NCBI GenBank assembly: GCA_964481155.1
Contig: CAYZSX010000002.1
Span: 1 to 57,529 of the forward strand
Reading direction: 5' to 3'
DNA: 57,529 nucleotides
Origin: an uncultured Candidatus Saccharibacteria bacterium
GTDB taxonomy: Bacteria; Patescibacteriota; Minisyncoccia; Phycocordibacterales; UBA9973
This document shows, piece by piece, positions 45,731 through 55,534 of the stretch. How positions within the stretch are numbered: position 1 is the first letter of the stretch; each line of letters opens with the position of its first letter. A model generated the notes under the pieces. The model was given only the letters and a program-made list of their open reading frames with translations, did no database searches and was not told the DNA's origin. A program made the translations under genes and the position numbers.

Positions 45731-46660
45731 TTACTGGTTCTCTCTTTGTCGCTGGATCAAATAGTTAGTGTGCCTTAGTGCATTTTGTTCTAAAGCTACC
45801 CTGTTACGGACAAATTCTTTAGCATACTTTCGATTTTTTGTACTTCTACGTTCTTTTATATAGAGTGACAATTTCGATAATGAATCAGTGATTTTTTTAT
45901 CATGCAGCTTGATTGCACTGATAATACTGTCCGTTTTTTTGTTTACAGCATCAATCACTGATTTCATGTCAGTAGCACTTAAAGCAATAGAAGATTGCGA
46001 TTGAGAAAGTTGTTGGATTTGTTGCACAGTGTCTTGTTTTGGTGTGGTTGCTGTTGTGTCGTTTTGATGAGTAGTCCTGCTATTGTCCGGTTTGTTTTTT
46101 GAATGATTCCAAAATGCTATTTTGCTAAAAACCGTACGAACCATGGCTGGTTGATCCACCCAAAACGCTCCAAGTAAAAGAATTAGTGCAATCCCCCAAA
46201 GCAGTTTTTTATTTTCATCCAAAATAAAATAAAATACCACGATCAAAATGATTGCCAAAATATACAACCAAGACCCCTTGATGAATGACCATGATATCAA
46301 TATCACAGCAGTCATAACAAGTAATGACCCGAGATACACCATGCAAGCACCAAAAGAGATTGGGTCAAACTCTTCTGCTGAAAGAATAGGTTTCATTGTT
46401 GTAGAGTGTCTTTTTGGTTTATGAGCACTATCCCAAAACAAAGCAATGAGAAGAATCCCCACAAAAACAAAACTGATCGAGCGAGAAAAATACGGATCAT
46501 TTACAATCCAAAACTTAATCTCATCCCAAAACCAAATAAAACAACATGCGAGGCATGCACCAAAAGCGCACCCTAAAATGATTTTGAGCCAAAACGGCAT
46601 CTTTTTTTTACCGTTTTCACTCACCACCTGAGCTTCTTCGATACTGGTATTTGTAGACAT
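45731..46660 (-). CDS. AT-rich hypothetical polytopic membrane protein with a C-terminal coiled coil
   Basis: 309 aa with about 5 TM helices, then a Gln/Ser/Lys-rich helical tail. No family recognised. It is visibly AT-richer than its flanks and sits next to tRNA-Ser. Confidence 0.55.
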   Translation of the reverse strand: MSTNTSIEEAQVVSENGKKKMPFWLKIILGCAFGACLACCFIWFWDEIKFWIVNDPYFSRSISFVFVGILLIALFWDSAHKPKRHSTTMKPILSAEEFDPISFGACMVYLGSLLVMTAVILISWSFIKGSWLYILAIILIVVFYFILDENKKLLWGIALILLLGAFWVDQPAMVRTVFSKIAFWNHSKNKPDNSRTTHQNDTTATTPKQDTVQQIQQLSQSQSSIALSATDMKSVIDAVNKKTDSIISAIKLHDKKITDSLSKLSLYIKERRSTKNRKYAKEFVRNRVALEQNALRHTNYLIQRQRENQ

Positions 46661-46729
46661 ATGCGATTGTTTAAGAAGTGAAAAATATTTTCATGTTTTA
46701 TATCACAAAAGCATATATATGTCAATCTG

Positions 46730-46816
46730 CGGAGGATGAGAGATTCGAACTCTCGAACGAGTTACCCCGTTGCCACCTTTCCAAGATGGTGCACTAGACC
46801 GCTATGCGAATCCTCC
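46730..46816 (-). tRNA. tRNA-Ser (anticodon GGA)
   Basis: The reverse complement is GGAGGAT-TC-GCAT-AGCGGTCTAG-TGCA-CCATC-TTGGAAA-GGTGG-CAACGGGGTAACTCGTTC-GAGAG-TTCGAAT-CTCTC-ATCCTCC-G. This gives a 7-bp acceptor stem, a long variable arm, the T-loop TTCGAAT and anticodon GGA. CCA is not encoded. Confidence 0.9.
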
Positions 46817-46838
46817 TAACTGGTATGGACACTGTACA

Positions 46839-47732
46839 CTAGAGAGCCATATCTGTCAGCGCCTTGATACGCTCCTCCACTGGTGGGTGCGTCATAAACA
46901 GATGACTGATCCCGCGCGCTGCTTTTGCTCCAAATGGGTTGCTGATATACATATGCGCGGTTGCGTTGGATGCAGTTGCCATCGGTTGTCCATATGAAGA
47001 TATCTTGCGCAACGCTGATGCGAGTCCGTCTGGGTAGCGGGTGAGGAGCGCTCCTGATGCATCAGCGAGAAACTCTCGTTTGCGCGAGATAGCAAGCTGG
47101 ATGAGGGTGGCAATGATCGGAGAAAGAATGATAAAGACAATGCCGACGATCGCAAGCACGCTCCCGCCTTGTTGCTCATCGTCACGATGACCACCAAACC
47201 AGAGGCTGCGGGTGAACATATCCGCGAGTATTGAAATAAATCCAACAAGCACTGCAACCATACTCTGGAGCAAGATGTCGCGATTGCCGATATGTGAGAG
47301 CTCATGCGCGATCACTCCTTCGAGTTCGCTCCGGTCGAGCATCTCGAGGAGTCCCGCGGTCACAGCAACTGATGCGTGCCTTGCATTGCGACCTGTTGCA
47401 AATGCGTTGGGCGCCCTATCGGGGATGATCCAGACCTTGGGCGCCGGAAGTCCTGCAGTGATCGCAAGGTTTTCGACGATACGGTTGAGCTCTGCATATT
47501 GGGGCGCTGTTGCAGGCACTGCACGTGCCATCGAGAGCGCAATCTTGTCAGAGTACCAGTAGCTCGCGATGTTCATCACCACCGAAAAGATGATTGCGAT
47601 CGTGAGGATACCTGGGTTTTGATATTGCACCGCAAGGAAGTACCCGACCCCAAGCACGATCGCCAAAAACACCCCGACAAGGAGCCATGTCTTGGTGATG
47701 TTTTGTGATTTGTGGGTGTAGATGGTTGCCAT
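46839..47732 (-). CDS. htpX: M48-family membrane protease HtpX
   Basis: 297 aa with the zinc motif HELSHIGNRD and four TM segments. The C-terminus is MTHPPVEERIKAL. Confidence 0.93.
   Translation of the reverse strand: MATIYTHKSQNITKTWLLVGVFLAIVLGVGYFLAVQYQNPGILTIAIIFSVVMNIASYWYSDKIALSMARAVPATAPQYAELNRIVENLAITAGLPAPKVWIIPDRAPNAFATGRNARHASVAVTAGLLEMLDRSELEGVIAHELSHIGNRDILLQSMVAVLVGFISILADMFTRSLWFGGHRDDEQQGGSVLAIVGIVFIILSPIIATLIQLAISRKREFLADASGALLTRYPDGLASALRKISSYGQPMATASNATAHMYISNPFGAKAARGISHLFMTHPPVEERIKALTDMAL
47665..47732. repeat. 68-nt exact direct repeat, copy 1 (5' end of htpX)
   Basis: Identical to 49474..49541. It covers the ATG and the first 22 codons (MATIYTHKSQNITKTWLLVGVF). Confidence 0.95.
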
Positions 47733-47756
47733 ACTTCGATTATAACAAATAAGGGG

Positions 47757-49541
47757 TTACCAGCTTCCACCACCACCGCCCCCTCCGCCGCCGCCTGAGA
47801 ATCCGCCTCCACTTGAACCTGAACTACTAACTGCTGGTGCACTAAAAAAACTAGAGGAGAAGTTCTCTGAAAAATCAGAGATAAATAGTGCTGGTGCAAA
47901 TCTCCCGCCAGAAGACGTATACCATGAAGGTTGTTGTAAAGTAATTCCCTCAAAAGCGCTTACCCATTTTTTTTCAAGACCAAAGAGTATTGCAAACGGA
48001 AGAAGTGCATCAAACAATGCTGGGTTTGTTTCTGGTGCGTTATGAAATGCAATACGATCTTTTTCTGCAACTTTTATGTATTCTTTGAGTCCCAAGAGGT
48101 GCTCTCGAGCATATGCGCCTTTTATAGTTTTTGCGGGCATAATGTTTTTAAAAAAACTATATATAGCAACAGCAACAATAACCCCTATGAGAAATACTAG
48201 TGGTGTCATTTCTTGTACAAACAACAATATAAACTCACTCTCTGTAAAATCGAAAAATTTGTACACATGATTTGCCAACGACGATCTAAAGAATAGAACG
48301 GTCAATCCTGTAAATGCTGCAAAAATTCCTATTTGTTTACTTGTAAGAGAAATCTTTTCCCGGAAAGAGCGTTCAATAAAATCTTTGGTGTAATATTCTT
48401 GGGCAACAAGCTTTTCTTTGACACTTCTTGTGAGTGAGTGAGTAATACCATAGAGGCTGTGGTTACTTGAGAGCAATACAGATGTTCCAACATTCATGCC
48501 GGATTGAAATACTTCTTGAAGCAGAGATACATCAAAAGAACTCAATGAGTTATCTAGTATCTTTGTAAGCTCAAGTATATAGTCATTTTTTTTACCGATA
48601 CCTTTCTTTTCTTCTGTCTGTGTAATCTTGATATAACCTCTTACTGCAAGCGAAAGTATTTGCGCAATAATTGCTCTTCCATTAAACGTCTGATCTATAA
48701 TCACCGCTGCTTCGATCGGTGTGAGGTTGTCAATTACATCATACTCCGGCACGATCACTCCCCGCCCTTTCGCATCGCGACCTTTGCGATACCATTTGCT
48801 GAACATGTATATAAACACACTGATCGGAATAACCACCGGCCACCAGAGACCTATCAGATCCATAATCTTATCTTTGGTCGTTGGTATATAAGGTACAACT
48901 ACACCTTTTGGAAATCCGACAGCGACCGTAAGCCCTTCGCCTACAATAAGGTTTGATGCGGTAAATCCATTATGTAGTCTGCACGGCATCGTGCTTCCTT
49001 TTGCACCTACGTAGCATGCTTCCTGAAGCGCTGTTACACCCTCAGGCAAGGAAACAGAAGCAGTTACTTTTTTAATAACAAAGGGCCAATTGTTACCAGT
49101 TGCGTTCCAATAAATCTCATCGTACCCATCAAAATATGAGATTGCATTCGTCGCCGTGTAGCGAACAATATATGTTTTTTCTCCGGTAAATGTACTATTT
49201 GGATCACCGATCTTGAGTCGGACGTCGCCATTATTTTTTTGTTGCTGCCATGGATATACTACGCCAGACACATCAGCTACAGAAATATCTCGTATCTTCA
49301 TCATTTCGCCTTTCGCATTTTGTGGTGTTATATCGCGATAGATACCGTGTTTATTTATTCCTTCACTGTCGTAAACAATCGTTTCAACAACTGAAACACT
49401 CGCATCTTTGTTTACCATTATCTGTGAGTCAAAGCTTTTAATGACTTCTGCATGTACCGGTACAGCAAAAACAAAAAACACCCCGACAAGGAGCCATGTC
49501 TTGGTGATGTTTTGTGATTTGTGGGTGTAGATGGTTGCCAT
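47757..49541 (-). CDS. DUF2207-family membrane protein with a chimeric N-terminus
   Basis: 594 aa. It has an extracytoplasmic N-terminal beta domain, a TM cluster and the family-typical C-terminal Gly run (SSGSSGGGFSGGGGGGGGGGSW). It shows the usual LemA-DUF2207 neighbourhood. The first 22 aa are identical to HtpX. Confidence 0.85.
   Translation of the reverse strand: MATIYTHKSQNITKTWLLVGVFFVFAVPVHAEVIKSFDSQIMVNKDASVSVVETIVYDSEGINKHGIYRDITPQNAKGEMMKIRDISVADVSGVVYPWQQQKNNGDVRLKIGDPNSTFTGEKTYIVRYTATNAISYFDGYDEIYWNATGNNWPFVIKKVTASVSLPEGVTALQEACYVGAKGSTMPCRLHNGFTASNLIVGEGLTVAVGFPKGVVVPYIPTTKDKIMDLIGLWWPVVIPISVFIYMFSKWYRKGRDAKGRGVIVPEYDVIDNLTPIEAAVIIDQTFNGRAIIAQILSLAVRGYIKITQTEEKKGIGKKNDYILELTKILDNSLSSFDVSLLQEVFQSGMNVGTSVLLSSNHSLYGITHSLTRSVKEKLVAQEYYTKDFIERSFREKISLTSKQIGIFAAFTGLTVLFFRSSLANHVYKFFDFTESEFILLFVQEMTPLVFLIGVIVAVAIYSFFKNIMPAKTIKGAYAREHLLGLKEYIKVAEKDRIAFHNAPETNPALFDALLPFAILFGLEKKWVSAFEGITLQQPSWYTSSGGRFAPALFISDFSENFSSSFFSAPAVSSSGSSGGGFSGGGGGGGGGGSW
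49474..49541. repeat. 68-nt exact direct repeat, copy 2 (5' end of the DUF2207 gene)
   Basis: Identical to 47665..47732, at an offset of 1809 nt. Confidence 0.95.
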
Positions 49542-49543
49542 GT

Positions 49544-49855
49544 CTATGAACGTACAAACGGTATTGGAAACTGGAAAAATTGTTGCCTATCTCGTATCCA
49601 CCAGCCTGTGTATCCTGCAAGGAGCATGAGTACGATGACCCAGATGAGGCGAACGGTCTTGTGGGCTTTTTTTGATTGAGATGCACTAGTACCGGCCTGC
49701 CCTGCGGTAGGTTCGAGATCTATCGCGGCAAATGCTTCCGCAATGTCGACGATACTCCATCCCCCTCCCTGCGCAAGCTCAGCCTTGATCGTGTCACGAT
49801 CTTTACCTTTTTGTAGTTCTGATTTGATAAAGGTGATGAGCGCCGGAGTGATCAT
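49544..49855 (-). CDS. small bitopic membrane protein
   Basis: 103 aa with an N-terminal soluble helical segment and a TM (LIWVIVLMLLAGYTGWW). It is packed 2 nt from both neighbours. Confidence 0.55.
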   Translation of the reverse strand: MITPALITFIKSELQKGKDRDTIKAELAQGGGWSIVDIAEAFAAIDLEPTAGQAGTSASQSKKAHKTVRLIWVIVLMLLAGYTGWWIRDRQQFFQFPIPFVRS

Positions 49856-49857
49856 AG

Positions 49858-50406
49858 TTAAAACTTCACTTCTACCGGCTGACTTTCTACGCCGTTGTCG
49901 TCGATGTCAAAGAATTCTGATGCAGTAAACCCAAACATGTTTGCGATCATATTTGCTGGAAATACCTGGAGGCGCGTGTTGTAGTCTCGGACATTGCCGT
50001 TGTAAAAGCGTCGTGCTGCCTGGATCTTGTTCTCAGTGTCGGCGAGCTCACGTTGGAGTTCGACAAAGTTGGTGTTTGCCTTGAGGTCTGGGTACGCTTC
50101 AGATACTGCAAAGAGTGACTTGAGCGCGCCAGTGAGCATGTTCTCAGCTTGTGCATGATCAGCGGTCGTCGTTGCACCCATCGCAGCTGCACGTGCAGCG
50201 GTTACCTTTTCAAATGCAGTACTTTCGTGGGTCGCGTAGCCTTTGACCGTATTTACAAGGTTGGGGATGAGATCATAGCGACGCTTGAGCTGTACCTCGA
50301 TGTCTGCCCATGCCTCCTGTACGCGGTTGCGCACCCGCACAAACCCGTTGTACGAAGCGATAAACCACAAAACAATAATGCCTAAAATGATGAATACTAT
50401 AGTCAT
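49858..50406 (-). CDS. lemA: LemA family protein
   Basis: The start was moved to MTIVFIILGIIVLWFIASYNGFV. Typical LemA motifs are present (RRYDLIPNLV, YPDLKAN.NF..LQ, ARRFYN..V..YN). Confidence 0.9.
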   Translation of the reverse strand: MTIVFIILGIIVLWFIASYNGFVRVRNRVQEAWADIEVQLKRRYDLIPNLVNTVKGYATHESTAFEKVTAARAAAMGATTTADHAQAENMLTGALKSLFAVSEAYPDLKANTNFVELQRELADTENKIQAARRFYNGNVRDYNTRLQVFPANMIANMFGFTASEFFDIDDNGVESQPVEVKF

Positions 50407-50580
50407 ATTTGTAAGTATACTCCTTTTGAGAGGATTGACAAATAAGTATAAAATGTAATTATATTGCAAAAGACCTTATTATGAAAGATGCGCAAGAGTA
50501 CATGTTTGCTTGCATCCAGTGACTACAAGCAAACAAAAGAACCTTTCAGGCAGTATTGCTTGGGATATTAATACTTTTAT

Positions 50581-50608
50581 TTAAAAAATAATCCTCTTTC
50601 GAGGGTTA
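50581..50608 (-). terminator. rho-independent terminator
   Basis: On the minus strand TAACCCTC-GAAA-GAGGATTA is followed by TTTTTTAA. It lies 7 nt after the 50615 stop codon. Confidence 0.6.
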
Positions 50609-50614
50609 TTTATT

Positions 50615-51544
50615 TTAAAACTCTAGGTATCGAAACACCGCTTGACTCGAAGAGGTCTCAGCAAATACCCCCATCCTACCAACAAATAAGAGTGATGTGA
50701 GGATGATCACCATAAGTACGCCGTAGGCCATATGCTTGTGATGATGTCGTTGTACCTGTCTCGTACTTAGTCCAGTAAGCGCAAGGATGATGAGCACGAT
50801 GATACCTTCAAGTACAGTACCGATGTGTCGATCTATCCGAAGCAAAAATTTGCTAAACCATGAACTTTTGGTATCAAGTGGTGCTGAAACAGTCTCACGT
50901 GTGGCCAACGCAGGATCTATGTTTTTGATCGATATAGACCGCTCACTCTCATCAACAATCCGAATAGGATCGGCAGTAACTGACTTGCCTGCCACCTGCC
51001 TGTACGCAGGGGTTCCCAATATCGCGACACCATACAGTGCGGGTACACCATCACGTCCCCCTTGAACTGTTGCGATACCTATTTCGGTAAATTCTGGATT
51101 GAGTACTACTTCTTGATCAAGAGAAGGGTGTGTGGCATCCGCGATAAGCTGTTCTCCTGCATGCGTAAACGTGTAGCTTGCTTGGTCAAGCCAGTGCCAC
51201 AAAGGAGTACCTGTTGGAGAAGTATGCGAAAAGTAATTGTACGCAACCATATCGCTTGCCTTGAGTGTTGCTGCATATTCAAGTGCGGGATTTATCGAAA
51301 GCGGATCAAGTCCAAGCGCACTTCGATCTTGGTTGATACGCGCAAGTACTGTGTGAGGATAGAGTTCTGCTTGCACGCGCTGATAGCTAGATATATGCAA
51401 AAACTGTGTAAATCCAAAAAGTGAGATGCTTGCTCCGAGGATCGCCCATACTGCTCGCTCACAAAGCAACCGAGGAATAAACCCGTTGCGCCCAGTGGGA
51501 GCAATATGGTCTGTGATATGGTGTACAACCTTGGTATGCAACAT
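50615..51544 (-). CDS. membrane protein with a CAP/SCP (YkwD-like) domain
   Basis: The start was moved to MLHTKVVHH at 51544, downstream of the secF stop. After a TM comes INQDRSALGLDPLSINPALEYAATLKASDMVAYNYFSHTSPTG...HAGEQL, a CAP-domain pattern. Two C-terminal TM helices follow. Confidence 0.6.
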   Translation of the reverse strand: MLHTKVVHHITDHIAPTGRNGFIPRLLCERAVWAILGASISLFGFTQFLHISSYQRVQAELYPHTVLARINQDRSALGLDPLSINPALEYAATLKASDMVAYNYFSHTSPTGTPLWHWLDQASYTFTHAGEQLIADATHPSLDQEVVLNPEFTEIGIATVQGGRDGVPALYGVAILGTPAYRQVAGKSVTADPIRIVDESERSISIKNIDPALATRETVSAPLDTKSSWFSKFLLRIDRHIGTVLEGIIVLIILALTGLSTRQVQRHHHKHMAYGVLMVIILTSLLFVGRMGVFAETSSSQAVFRYLEF

Positions 51545-51593
51545 GTCTTTGTAGTATAGCAAAACCGCTCCGATATCGGAGCGGTTTTGACTA

Positions 51594-52484
51594 TCACGCT
51601 TTTGTTTTTTGCATACGTTCAAACAACACAAGAAGCGGACTCGCAAGGAAAATCGATGAGTATGTCCCAAAAAACATACCGATCGCAAGCACGGTCGCAA
51701 AGAGTTGCGTACTCTTGGGACCAACAACTGCAAGTGTGACTACCATGACAAGCACCATGAGAGATGTATTGATCGATCGAGCAAACGTTTCATTGAGACT
51801 TTCTCCAACAATTGTTTCAAAGGGTTTACCTTTTTTGGCATCAGTACTGAGGTGCTCACGGATACGATCAAACACCACGATAGTATCTGAGATAGAAAGC
51901 GCAAGTGTTGTAAGGAGTGCTACCACAAACAGTGTATCAACTTCGACCCCTTTCAGATGACTGATCACCGCAAACGCACCAAGCGGGATCGCGATATCGT
52001 GGATGAGTGCGATGATGACCGCAAGTCCGTATTTCCATGAAGATACCGGTCGAGATACTTTGCGAAATGCATACGCAACAAAACAAATAATTGCACAAAG
52101 GACAAGAATGATAGAGAGCACTGCTTTGTGTTTGAGTTCTGCCCCAACCGAAGGACCGATCGTGGTGACTCCCTGCTCTGTCACCCCAGTCCCGAGCGCA
52201 GCAACAAGTGCTTGTTTTTGCGATTCTGTAAGTGATTGTGTTTTGATGATGATGCCGCGCTCTCCTGTTGGCTGAACAGTTGCTTCAGTAAACCCTGCTT
52301 GAGCAAGAAGGGTCTTGATTTGTGGAGCATCTGGACGCTCTTGTGTATAGAGAACCTGTACCTGTGATCCACCCTTAAAGTCAATGCCGAGCGGTAGTCC
52401 AAATACCGCTGCCGCGCTAATGCCTGCAAGGACAAACAGTGCTGAAAGGGTGATAAAAAACGTTTTGTATTTGATGACAAACAT
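51594..52484 (-). CDS. secF: protein translocase subunit SecF
   Basis: 296 aa with GIDFKGGS, typical SecF TM bundle motifs (ALIHDI, DTIVVFDRIRE). Confidence 0.92.
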   Translation of the reverse strand: MFVIKYKTFFITLSALFVLAGISAAAVFGLPLGIDFKGGSQVQVLYTQERPDAPQIKTLLAQAGFTEATVQPTGERGIIIKTQSLTESQKQALVAALGTGVTEQGVTTIGPSVGAELKHKAVLSIILVLCAIICFVAYAFRKVSRPVSSWKYGLAVIIALIHDIAIPLGAFAVISHLKGVEVDTLFVVALLTTLALSISDTIVVFDRIREHLSTDAKKGKPFETIVGESLNETFARSINTSLMVLVMVVTLAVVGPKSTQLFATVLAIGMFFGTYSSIFLASPLLVLFERMQKTKA

Positions 52485-52487
52485 ATA

Positions 52488-53864
52488 CTAGAAATGAAAT
52501 CCGCTACTAAAGAGTACTCGTCCAAGTTTGCTGCGCTCAAGTGTCGGGAGTGCTTGAAGGAAAAGCTTGGTGATACTGATTGCTGAAAAGAGTGCGACGA
52601 TCACTCCGAGCCCGAGTGTGAGCGCAAACCCTTTGATAAGTGATGTACCGAACCAAAACAGAATCACCGAGATGATCAAGCTCGCTGTGTTGGCATCGCG
52701 GATCGAAAACCATGCTCGATCAAACCCCGCAGCGATTGCTTCAGCATTTGATTTGCCACGCGCGCGCTCCTCACGCATACGCTCAAAGATAAGAATGTTT
52801 GCATCAACCGCCATACCGATGGAAATGATAAATCCTGCGATACCCGCTGCGGTGAGCGTCACCGGGATAAATTTGTACAAAAGTAGTGTGATCACGATAT
52901 AGAGTGCAAGCGCAAGTACTGCAACCACTCCTGGCAACCGATACCACATGATGAGAAAGAGCGCGATCAAGACAAACCCGATAAGTGCCGCACGTACTCC
53001 TGCATGGATTGCTTCTGCACCAAGGGAGGCACCGATTGTTTGTGTTGAGATGAGTGAGATAGGGACAGGGAGCGCACCTGAGTTGAGACGTCCAACGAGT
53101 TGCTTTGCTTCTTGTGGAGTGAGGCTTCCTGAGATTTGTGCTTCACCACCTGAAATCGCTTCGCGTACCACTGGCGCAGAGATAACTGACCCATCGAGAT
53201 AGATTGCGATCACTTTGCCAATGTTTTCACTCGTGATTTTTTCAAAGAGTTTTGCACCCTCATCGTTAAACTGCAGTGACACTTGTGGTTCACCAGTGTT
53301 GGGTTCAAAGACAACTTGTGCACGTTTCAAGTATTTGCCATCGAGCCCACTTGGGACAAAGTTTTGTGCTGCCGAAAGATCAACTACACCATCTTTTCCA
53401 ACTGACGCTTTTGTTGGCGTATCAGACTGGATTCGAAATTCGAGAAACGGTGTTTGGCCGATTGTCTTGATAGCTTCATTGATATCAGTGACACCAGGGA
53501 GCTCTACCGAGAGACGGTGCTCTTTGGCACCACCGAGCGTACTTGTCTGCACCTGGATGACAGGTTCAGCTACACCAAACGCATTGATACGTCGCTCGAT
53601 CACATCACGAAGCGCATCCATCGAATCATCGATTTGTCCAGGGGCAAGCTGGCTCACATCTGCTTTGTAGAGAAGGTACGATCCTCCTGAGAGATCTAGT
53701 CCGAGGCGAAACGGGTGTCGTGCAACGATATCGGTGTGTCCTGGCTTGATTGATCGCAAGAGGAGTATCGCGAGCAGTGCGCCAACTACAATGATTGCGC
53801 CTGCGATGATTCTTTTTTGTATCATATGTGGGAGCATTCTAGCTCGTTTTGGACTGGTCAGCAA
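52488..53864 (-). CDS. secD: protein translocase subunit SecD
   Basis: LGLDLSGGS, a periplasmic domain, and AGIAGFIISIGMAVDANILIFERMREE. The longest ORF starts with TTG at 53864. The ATGs at 53837 and 53825 are alternative starts that remove the overlap with the PAP2 gene. Confidence 0.9.
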   Translation of the reverse strand: MLTSPKRARMLPHMIQKRIIAGAIIVVGALLAILLLRSIKPGHTDIVARHPFRLGLDLSGGSYLLYKADVSQLAPGQIDDSMDALRDVIERRINAFGVAEPVIQVQTSTLGGAKEHRLSVELPGVTDINEAIKTIGQTPFLEFRIQSDTPTKASVGKDGVVDLSAAQNFVPSGLDGKYLKRAQVVFEPNTGEPQVSLQFNDEGAKLFEKITSENIGKVIAIYLDGSVISAPVVREAISGGEAQISGSLTPQEAKQLVGRLNSGALPVPISLISTQTIGASLGAEAIHAGVRAALIGFVLIALFLIMWYRLPGVVAVLALALYIVITLLLYKFIPVTLTAAGIAGFIISIGMAVDANILIFERMREERARGKSNAEAIAAGFDRAWFSIRDANTASLIISVILFWFGTSLIKGFALTLGLGVIVALFSAISITKLFLQALPTLERSKLGRVLFSSGFHF

Positions 53865-54435
53865 CCTCTACGTGTGTTGTAACTCGATGGAGTATGTAAG
53901 CTATCCCCCAGCCAAGAACTGCCCCTGCAACAACATCAATCGGATAGTGTACACCGACATATATACGCGAAAGCGCAACAATCAGAGCAAAAATGTAGAG
54001 TATAATACCCAATCGACGATGGTAAAAAAATGTTGCCGTAGCGATTGCTACAGTGATTGCTGCATGTGCCGAAGGAAAAGAATACCCACTCTCATATGGG
54101 GCAAGTGCGTTGATTGATGCGAGCACTTGAAACGGTCGAGGAAGTGCGATTATGACCTTGATTGCTTGTACTACTACCACTGTAGTGAGCACCGAAAACA
54201 CAAAGAGGATGCTCTGACGAAATGCACGTAATCGATCTTGGAGGTCTTGTACCTTGAGAGGGTGCCATATCACCATATATATCGCAACCCCAATACAAAC
54301 GATATATGCAAGGTTGTTTGTCAAAAACAACACTGCAGTATCGACACTACTATACGTACCGGCAACGCCGTTGATGATATAAAGCAATGTAAGATTGAGA
54401 TTATGCATAGCCAAGAAACTCGTTGTTGATATCAT
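53839..54435 (-). CDS. PAP2-family phosphatase (possible undecaprenyl-diphosphatase)
   Basis: The three acid-phosphatase motifs are present: KVIIALPRP, SFPSAHA and SRIYVGVHYPIDV. The Met at 54408 is an alternative start. Confidence 0.8.
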   Translation of the reverse strand: MISTTSFLAMHNLNLTLLYIINGVAGTYSSVDTAVLFLTNNLAYIVCIGVAIYMVIWHPLKVQDLQDRLRAFRQSILFVFSVLTTVVVVQAIKVIIALPRPFQVLASINALAPYESGYSFPSAHAAITVAIATATFFYHRRLGIILYIFALIVALSRIYVGVHYPIDVVAGAVLGWGIAYILHRVTTHVEVADQSKTS

Positions 54436-55534
54436 CTGGATGGATCGCTCTCTCGTACCGAGCCATCGATAATATCATACCAAGCCCGATACACTCTCCG
54501 AGTAAGTGCGATCCCCCGTAGCTCATAAACGGGAGTGGGATACCAGTGACTGGCATGATACCGATGTTCATCCCGACGTTGACGACGACGTGACTAAATA
54601 TCACGATCGCATACCCCGCACAAAAGAGCGTCTCAAAGTTGGACGCACCTCGCCGTGCATGCAGTAGTACTCGCCACAAAAACACGCATAATGCGGCGAT
54701 GATAATGAGCGCTCCCACAAGTCCCCACTCTTCGGCAAACGCAGCAAAGATAAAGTCTGTCTCATACTCGGGCAAGTAGTTGAGTCTGCTTTGAGTCCCG
54801 TACCCAAAGCCTTTGCCAAGCAATCCCCCAGAACCCACCGCGATCACCGACTGGTACGCATTGTACCCACTTCCCCTGATATCTGCAGTTGGGTTGATGA
54901 ACGTCTGGATACGAGCTTTTTGGTATGGCTTAAAGAGTGCAAACCACGCAATCGCAAAGGCAACGATTGCAACTCCGCCCACAATCATAATATGTCGTTT
55001 GGATATACCTGCAACGAGCGCCATACCAAGCCAGAGCGCCATAAGCACCATCGCAGAACCAAAGTCTGGCTGAAGCATGATAAATCCAACCGGCACCAAA
55101 ACATACAGCGCTGAAACAAGGAGGTGTTTGATCCGTTTAATTTCGACATGTCTTCGCGAAAAGTATTTGGCAAGCACCGCAATCACTACGAGTTTGACAA
55201 GATCAGTTGGTTGAAATGAAAATCCTCCAAAATTAAACCAGCTCTGCGCACCCTTGACCGTCTTGCCCACGAGAAGCACGAGGACAAGAAGTGCAAGTGA
55301 GATCCCGTAGAGTATCATCACGTACCGTGAATCTCTAAAAAACCGCACGTCAGATCGCGATATAGTCCACACTAACCCAAGTCCGATACCTATCCACAAA
55401 AGTTGCTTACTAAAAAACGATACCTCTCCTCCAAAGCTTGTCATAGTTGCAAGCCCTCCAAGCACCATTGGGAGGATCGAGGCAATGAGTATCCAATCAG
55501 TCCGCGCAGTAAGTCTGCCGCTTCGTTTCATCAT
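54401..55534 (-). CDS. FtsW/RodA/SpoVE-family peptidoglycan glycosyltransferase
   Basis: A protein of about 10 TM segments with PDFGSA, ETDFIFAAFAEEWGLVGA and GIPLPFMSYGGS. The start was moved to MMKRSGRL at 55534, giving an ATGA overlap with the upstream stop. Confidence 0.88.
   Translation of the reverse strand: MMKRSGRLTARTDWILIASILPMVLGGLATMTSFGGEVSFFSKQLLWIGIGLGLVWTISRSDVRFFRDSRYVMILYGISLALLVLVLLVGKTVKGAQSWFNFGGFSFQPTDLVKLVVIAVLAKYFSRRHVEIKRIKHLLVSALYVLVPVGFIMLQPDFGSAMVLMALWLGMALVAGISKRHIMIVGGVAIVAFAIAWFALFKPYQKARIQTFINPTADIRGSGYNAYQSVIAVGSGGLLGKGFGYGTQSRLNYLPEYETDFIFAAFAEEWGLVGALIIIAALCVFLWRVLLHARRGASNFETLFCAGYAIVIFSHVVVNVGMNIGIMPVTGIPLPFMSYGGSHLLGECIGLGMILSMARYERAIHPDDINNEFLGYA

Noticed and set aside
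46770-46997. A 75-aa plus-strand ORF spanning tRNA-Ser and the end of htpX.
   Set aside because: It overlaps a well-folded tRNA gene and the 3' end of htpX in antisense. The product has no features.
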